A stretch of 64,000 nucleotides of DNA from NCBI RefSeq assembly GCF_009914755.1, contig NC_060947.1; one strand, given 5' to 3'. Below the pieces are notes generated by a model, which had not been told where the DNA came from, ran no database searches, and worked only from the letters and a program-made list of their open reading frames with translations. A program made the translations under genes and the position numbers. Of this stretch, positions 54,750 through 64,000 are shown piece after piece. Source of the DNA: the human T2T-CHM13v2.0 reference genome, Homo sapiens. How positions within the stretch are numbered: position 1 is the stretch's first letter; every line of letters starts with the position of its first letter.

Positions 54750-57700
54750 AAACTCTATCCAAAAAAGCCAAGTAATTCATTAAAACAATTCAGTATTTGA
54801 AAGATGAAATACTCATTTTATAAAAGACCCAAACTGAACTTCTTAGGTTAAAAAAATCACTAAAAGAATTGTATAATACAATCAGTGTTATTAAAGGAAG
54901 AGTAGATCAAGCTAAGAAAAAATGCTCAGAGCTTGACGACCGGTTCTTTAAATCAACTCAGTAAGACAAAAATAAAGAATGAAGAAAATTGAACAAAACC
55001 TCTGATAAATAATGGATTATGTAAAGAGATAAAATCTATGATTCATTGGCATTCCTGAGAGAGAAAAAGAGAGAATAAGAAGCCTGGGAAATATATGTGG
55101 GAGAATAGTACATAAAAATTTTCGTAAACCTGATAGAGAGCTTGGCATGCAAGTCCAAGAAATACAGAGAGCCTCAACCAGATACTGTACAAGATGACCC
55201 TCCCAAAGGCACATAGTCATCAAGTTCACCAAGGTCAATGCAAAGAAAAAGATCTTAAAGGCAGCTAGAGAGAACGGTCAGGTTACATACAGAGAGAACT
55301 CCATATGGCTACCATCAGATCTCTCAGCAGAAACCTTATAAGCCAGAAAAGATTGGGGGCCTAGTTTCAGTGCCCTTAAAGAAAAGAAATTCCACCCAAG
55401 AATTTCATATCCTGCCAAACTAAGCTTTATAAGTGAAGGAGAAATAAAAGCTTTCTCTGACAAGCAAATGCTAAGGAAATACAATTTCATATAAGAAGAG
55501 CCTCACAAAAGGTCCTTAAAGGAGTGCTAAACATAGATTAAAAAGAATAACAACAACAAAGACACACTTAAGCACACAGCCCACATACATTATAAAGTAA
55601 CTGTAATAAAGTCTACATAACCAGCTAACAACACAATGACAGGATCACAATCACACATATCACACTAACCTTCAATGTAAATGAACTGAACGCCTCACTT
55701 AAAAACATACAGAGTGGGAAACTGAATAAAAATACAAGAACCAGCCATCTGTTGTTTTTAAGAGACCCTTCTCACATGTAAAGAAACTCACAGGCTACAA
55801 GTAAAATTGTGGAATAAGATCTATCATACAAATAGAAAACAAAAAAAGAGCTATTCTTATGTCAGATAAAACAGAATTTAAACTAATAAAAATTAAGAAG
55901 GATCATGAAGGGCATTACATAATGATAAATAGTACAATTCAGCAAGAAACTTTAACGATCTTTAATGTATATACACCAAACATTGGAGAACACAGATTCA
56001 TAAAACAACTTCTTGGCGTATGAAAAAAAAAAAAACAGACAAACAAACTATAATAGTGGAAGATTTTAACACCACAGTGATAGGATTACAATAAATAATT
56101 GTGGCAAAAATCTAACAAAGAAACTCTGGACTTAAACTTGACACTTGACCAATTGGACCTAATAGACACCTATAGAAACGCTACCCAACAGCCGCAGAAT
56201 ATACATTCATCTTATCTGCACACAGAATATAGTCTAATATTGGCCACCTACTCAGTCATAAAGCAAGCCTGAATAAATGCAAAACAAATTGAAATCATAT
56301 CAAGCACACTCTTGCATCCCAGTGCAATAAAAATATACATCAATATAAATAAGATCTCTCAAAACTATAAAAATGCATGAAAATTAAACAAGTTATTCAT
56401 GAATATCTACTTAGGGAACATTGAAATTTAAACTTAAATACAAAACTTCCTTGAAATTAATAAAAATAAGCACACAACTTACCAAAATCTCTGAGATGCA
56501 GGCCAAGTAGTGTTAAAAGGAAAGTTTATATCTCTAAATGCATTCATCAAGATGTTAGAAAGATTTCAAATTAATAGTCTAACTTTGCACCTAAAGAAAC
56601 TACAGAAAAATGAACAAATCAACCCCAAAGCTACCAGAATAAAAGAAATAACTAAAATTAGATAAGAACTAAATGAAATTGAGATGCAAAAATTCATTAA
56701 AAATATCAATGAAACCAATAATTGTTTCTTCAAAAAAATAAATAACATTGATAGGCCCTTAGCTAGATTAATAAAGAACATGAAAGAGAAGATCCAAATA
56801 AGCACAATAAGAAATGACGAAGGTGATATTAAAACTGATCCCATAGAAATACAAAAGATACTCAGAGACTACTACGAACAACTCTATGCACACAAATTAA
56901 AAAATCTAAAGGAAATGGATACATTCTTGGAAGTGCACAATCTTATAAAATTGAATAAGGAAGAGATTAAACTCCAAATAGACCAATGTAAACTTCTAAA
57001 ATTGAATCAGTAATAAATAACCTACCAACCAAATAAAAACCCCAGTAAAAGATGAATTCACAGATGAATTCTATCAGACATAGAATGATCTGACACCAAT
57101 CCTACTGAAACTATTCCAAAAAATTGAGGAAGAGGTTCTCCTCGTTAACTCATTCTATGAAGGCAGCATCGGCCCGATACCAAAATCCTGCACAATGAAA
57201 AATTAAAACTTTACACCCATATGCCTCATGAAAATATGCACAAAATTCACAATAAAATACCAGCAAATTGAATGCAACAGCACATCAAAAAGTTAACACA
57301 ACACAATCAGGTGGGCTTATTTCTGGGACACAAGTCTGATTCAACAGATGCAAATCAATAAATGTGTTTAACCATACAAACAGAATTAAAAATCATTTGG
57401 ATTATCTCAATTGACAGAGTAAAAGCTTTCAGTAAAAATCAAAATCCACTTATGATATAAACCCTCAAAAACTAGGCATTGAATGAACATACCTCAAAGC
57501 AATAATAACCATCCACAACAAACTCACGGCCAACATCATACTAAATGAGCAAAAACTGGAAGCTTTTCTCTTGAGAACTGGAGCAAGACAGGGATGCCTA
57601 CTCTCATTCCTGCTGTTCAGTATAGTATTGGAAGTCCTAGGCAGAACAATCAAGCAAGGAAAGAAATAAAATGCACCTGAATATTAAAAGAAAAAGTGAA

Positions 57701-59919
57701 ACTATCTCTCTTTGCAGACAATGTGACTCTGTACCTAAAAAATCCTAAACGCTCTGCCAAAAAGATCCCAGAACTAATAAACAACTTTAGTAAAGTTTCT
57801 GGATATAAAATTAATGTACAAAAATTCGTAGCATTTCTTTCCACTGACAACATCCAGACTAAAAGTGAAATCAAGAACACAATCTCACTTACAATAGGCA
57901 CAAACAAAATGAAATACCGAAAAATTCAGCTAATTAGGTGAAAGATCTCTACAAAGAGAAGTGCAAAACAGTGCTGAATGAATTCAAAGATAACAAAACT
58001 AAATGGAAAAACATTCCATGCTCACAAATTAGAAAAATCAATATTATAAAAATGGCCATATAGCCCAAAGAAATGTACAGATTTAATACTATTCCTATCA
58101 AACAACCAACATCATTTTTCACAGGATTAGAAAACTAATCTAAAATGAATATAAAGCCAAAAAAGAGCCCTAATATCCAAAACAATCCCAAGCAAAAAGT
58201 ACAAAGCTGGAGGCATCACACTACCCATCTTCAAACTACACTAGAAAGCCACAGTAACCAAAACAGCTTGGTACCGATACAAAAATGGACACATAGACCA
58301 ATGGAAAAGAATAGAAAACTCAGAAATAAAGCTGAACACCTGCAGCCATCTGATCTTTAATGAGACTGAGCAAAAGAAGCAATGGGGAACAGACATCCTA
58401 TTCAATAAATGGTACTGGGATAAATGGCTAGCCATATACAGAAGATTGAAACTAGATCTCCATGTTTTACCATATACAAAAATTAACTCAAAATGGCTTA
58501 AATGAAAGGCCTTAAACTATAAAAATCCTGAAAAACAACCTAGGAAATACTCCTTTTCATATTTTCCTTGCCAAAGAATTTATGGCTGAGTCTTCAAAAG
58601 CAATTGCAACAAAAACAGAAATTTACAAAAGGGATACAGTTAAACTGAAGAGCTTCTGAACAGCAAAAGAAACCATCAACAGAGTAAACAGACAACCTAC
58701 AGAATGGGAGAAAATATTTGCAAACTATGTATCTAACAAATGTCTAATATCCAGAATCCATGAGAAACTCAAACAAATCAGAAAGCAAAAAACAAATAAC
58801 TCCACTTTGTTTTTAAATGGGCAAAAGACATGAAGAGACATTCCTCAAAAGAAGATATGCAAGTGGCCAACAAACAAATAAAAAAGTGCTCAACATCACT
58901 AATTATTAGAAAATTTAAATCGAAAACACAATAAGATACCATCTCACATCAGTCAGAATGGCCACTGATAAAAAGTCAAGAAACAACACTCTGGCCAGGC
59001 TGTGGAAAAAATGGGAACAAATATACCATGTTGGTGGGAATGTAAATTAGTCCAGTCACTGTGGGAAAACATCTAGAGATTTCTTAAAAAACTTAAAACA
59101 GAGCTACCATTTGATCCAGCAATTCCATTATTGGGTATATACCGAAGATAAAATAAATCATTCTATCAAAAAGACACGTATTCTCTTACGTTCATTGTTG
59201 TGCTATTCACAATAGCAGACATGGACTCAACCTGGGTGCCCATCAATGATAGATTGTTAAAGAAAATGTGGTCCATATACACCATGGAATACTATGCAGC
59301 CACAAAAAAGGGTTGAAATCATGTATTTTGTGGCAACATGGATAGAGCTGGAAGCCATAATCTTAAACAAATTAAGAACAGAAAACCAAATACTGCATGT
59401 TCTTACTTATAAGTGGGAGCTAAACATGGAACACACATGGACATAAATATGGGACAACCAGACACCGTGGAATACTAGAGGGTGGAGGGAGGGGTTTCCT
59501 GGTTAAAAACCACCTATTGGGTACTATGATCACTACCTAGGTGATGAGACCCACACTCCAAACCTCAGCATCATACAACATTCCCATGTAACATATCTGT
59601 ACATAGACTCATTATATCTAAAATGAAAGTTAAGAAAACTTAATTTCTATCTTATAGGGCTATATTTGTTATTAAATGTAAAGTGACTGGCACCATACCT
59701 GGTATATTGTAGACAGTCCATTACTCTTAGCCTAGGAGCACCCACTTTTCTAATACAATCCCCTTAGTGTTACTGAGAAAAGAATAACAAACTTGTAGTT
59801 AGCAAACCCCAGAATGAAATTTCATGTGTGTAACGTAAATTTTTTTCTTTGTTTTCTCTCATTTTTGTTGGGTTTTCTTTTCTTATTTCTTTTCCTTTTC
59901 TTTTCTCAAAATCTATTTG

Positions 59920-60058
59920 TTCTCTGACTCTACCACTTATATTCTGTGTGACCTTTAGCTAATTACTGAAACTTTTGGAGCCTCAGTTTCTTCATTTTAA
60001 AACAGGGTTGATAATGTTGTCCTTATAACAATTTTTGGAAAGTTTAAATGAGATTACA
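59920..60058 (+). mobile_element. MIR
   Basis: ctctaccactta...tgtgaccttt...gagcctcagtttcttcatt...ttaaatgagat. Confidence 0.8.
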
Positions 60059-61077
60059 AAACAAAATAGAAGAACTCTAATAAACTAAAATTAAAGCAAT
60101 TAAGTAGTAGTTTATTTCTTCATAGGAATGTAAATTCTTGGGAGATAAAATTGTTATTATTCCAGACCTCCACAGCCAATGATGATTAATAATATAAAAA
60201 ATATGTTCAGTTCTTGAAACCATGCTATGTGCCAAACAGCACACAAGTTGATATGGGAGAAAAAGCAATGAATAAGATGCTGCATCTACCCATAAGAAGA
60301 TTAACACATTGTAGGGAAATAGAGTATTTATATAATGACCGTCAATTTTATTTATAATAAATGCAAAAGGGAAACTGAACATAGCATAGATGTTGACATG
60401 AGGGATATTATTTTAGTTTAGAGGATAAAAACAACCTTTATGAATGAGATACTGTAAGATGGATTTAAAGAATAAATGCTTTTTGCATTTTGACAAAAAT
60501 AGTTCAAATATGAGTTATGAATTAGAAATTCCAAGCAAATGAGATACCTTAAACAAAGTCACAAGAGATTTAGTGAATCCATGATATTTTTGGACAAGTG
60601 TGAGACATTCACTACTTCAGTTTAGTGGATTTTAGTAGAAAGTTATTTAGAAACCTGCGTTGAGACTAGAAGATGAACATTTTTGACTATCAGGCTAGCC
60701 AAATACACTGTAACAAACCTGAGTTTTTCAATATTTTTAAATACAGGAGTGGCAAAATCAGAGATGTGCTATAAAAATGACATGTCATAGACAAAATAAT
60801 GCAGAATAGACACTGAGTAAAATAGAAGCGGTTCCTTTGTGCATTTCAATATGTTAAGCTTTATCACTTTCAGGTTATTGAAATATATACCTTCACATTA
60901 CATAGATTATATACAGATAGATATAGATATATGTATCTGTACATACTATATCTTTATATAGAGAAAAAGCTTGAGATATATATATATATAAAATATAGAT
61001 AGATACCATAGCTTAATAAATATATATGTCAACATAAAATACATTATATTGGCAACACTCTCAGATAAATGTATCTT

Positions 61078-63011
<1,934 letters not shown>

Positions 63012-64000
63012 TTACATCACATCATATGAGATCTTACAGAACAGATCCTTTTATCATGACAAATTAATCATTAGTATTGAATGCTAGTGATGGAAATAAA
63101 TAATAAAGGAAGTTTATTTTGATACATTAATTGTATATGTCATAGAAATGAAAAATAAAGATAATTTACTATATTTAGAAATACTCTGCTTTGGTAGAGA
63201 GAATAATTCCCTGAGCACATTTAGTACAGATTATTGGTCTTGCACACATGCTTAGATTAAAGATAAATATAAAAAGAGATTCATTTTTGACCTTCAGAAT
63301 CTAAAATGTCCAAATGCTCATCAAAAGAGAGAAAAGTCAATGAGTGAAGGCAAATTGTTTTTCTTTAAAGATTTTCTGCTTGAATGTCACTGCCTCTTAG
63401 TGCCCTACAGAACCACAAATTATGAATAGAATAAAAGGATGTACTTTAGAAAATATTGAACCAGATACTTCCAGTGTCTGTGCTATATATTGGGAGAAAA
63501 TGAAGCACTCTTAATAAATAGATAAACTTTTAAACTGGTTATTGCTTCAGTATACCAAATGGTATCCTTGTCGCCCACAATATTTAATGCCTATTCCTAA
63601 AGTGTTTAATATATTCTGGTAAACTATTTACTACTGGGAAACCTTGACTGACTTAGGAGATAATTAATTTAATTTGTGGTTTAGTGAACAAGAAACTTTC
63701 CTCATTTAATACCTTAAACTCTGAATCGAAACTTTTTCCATCACAGATGGCTGACAATATACAGGATATAACATATATTAAAAATAGATTGAATGTAATA
63801 TACTTGGAGCGACACTTGAGCTCTTCATGGCAGTGCAAAGATACTATAAGATATTTAACTGTGACTGAATCACAGTGAGCACAGTCAGCCACACCTTACT
63901 GGTCATTGTCAAGACTCCGTAAATCATGTTTGATAAGAACAGAGTTCGTCACAATCACATAAGCATTTATTTCCCTGACAATTAAATGGTGAAAATGCTT

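Overview
This window is AT-rich primate (human-like) genomic DNA, intergenic or intronic, made up mostly of interspersed repeats. I see no host protein-coding gene: the recognisable ORFs are L1 ORF1/ORF2, HERV-L gag/integrase/dUTPase or Alu/LTR read-throughs. It holds several LINE-1 copies of different ages, 8 Alus, MaLR and ERVL LTRs, a truncated LTR12, Tigger-type DNA transposons, MIRs and microsatellites. The most notable structures are: (i) a full-length U6 snRNA copy joined directly to the 5'-truncated end of an old L1 (U6/L1 chimera, about 13800-18102, minus); (ii) an internally deleted two-LTR HERV-L provirus with an in-frame gag-integrase junction and an open dUTPase frame, nested in ORF1 of a near full-length L1; (iii) an LTR12 U3 cut at its TATA-like box and fused to an L1 5'UTR; (iv) a palindromic AT-rich expansion in only one of the two proviral LTRs. 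I found no evidence of a new biological system; these are unusual examples of known retroelement processes. Family and subfamily calls were made by eye from remembered consensus sequences, so boundaries are approximate unless a TSD fixes them.
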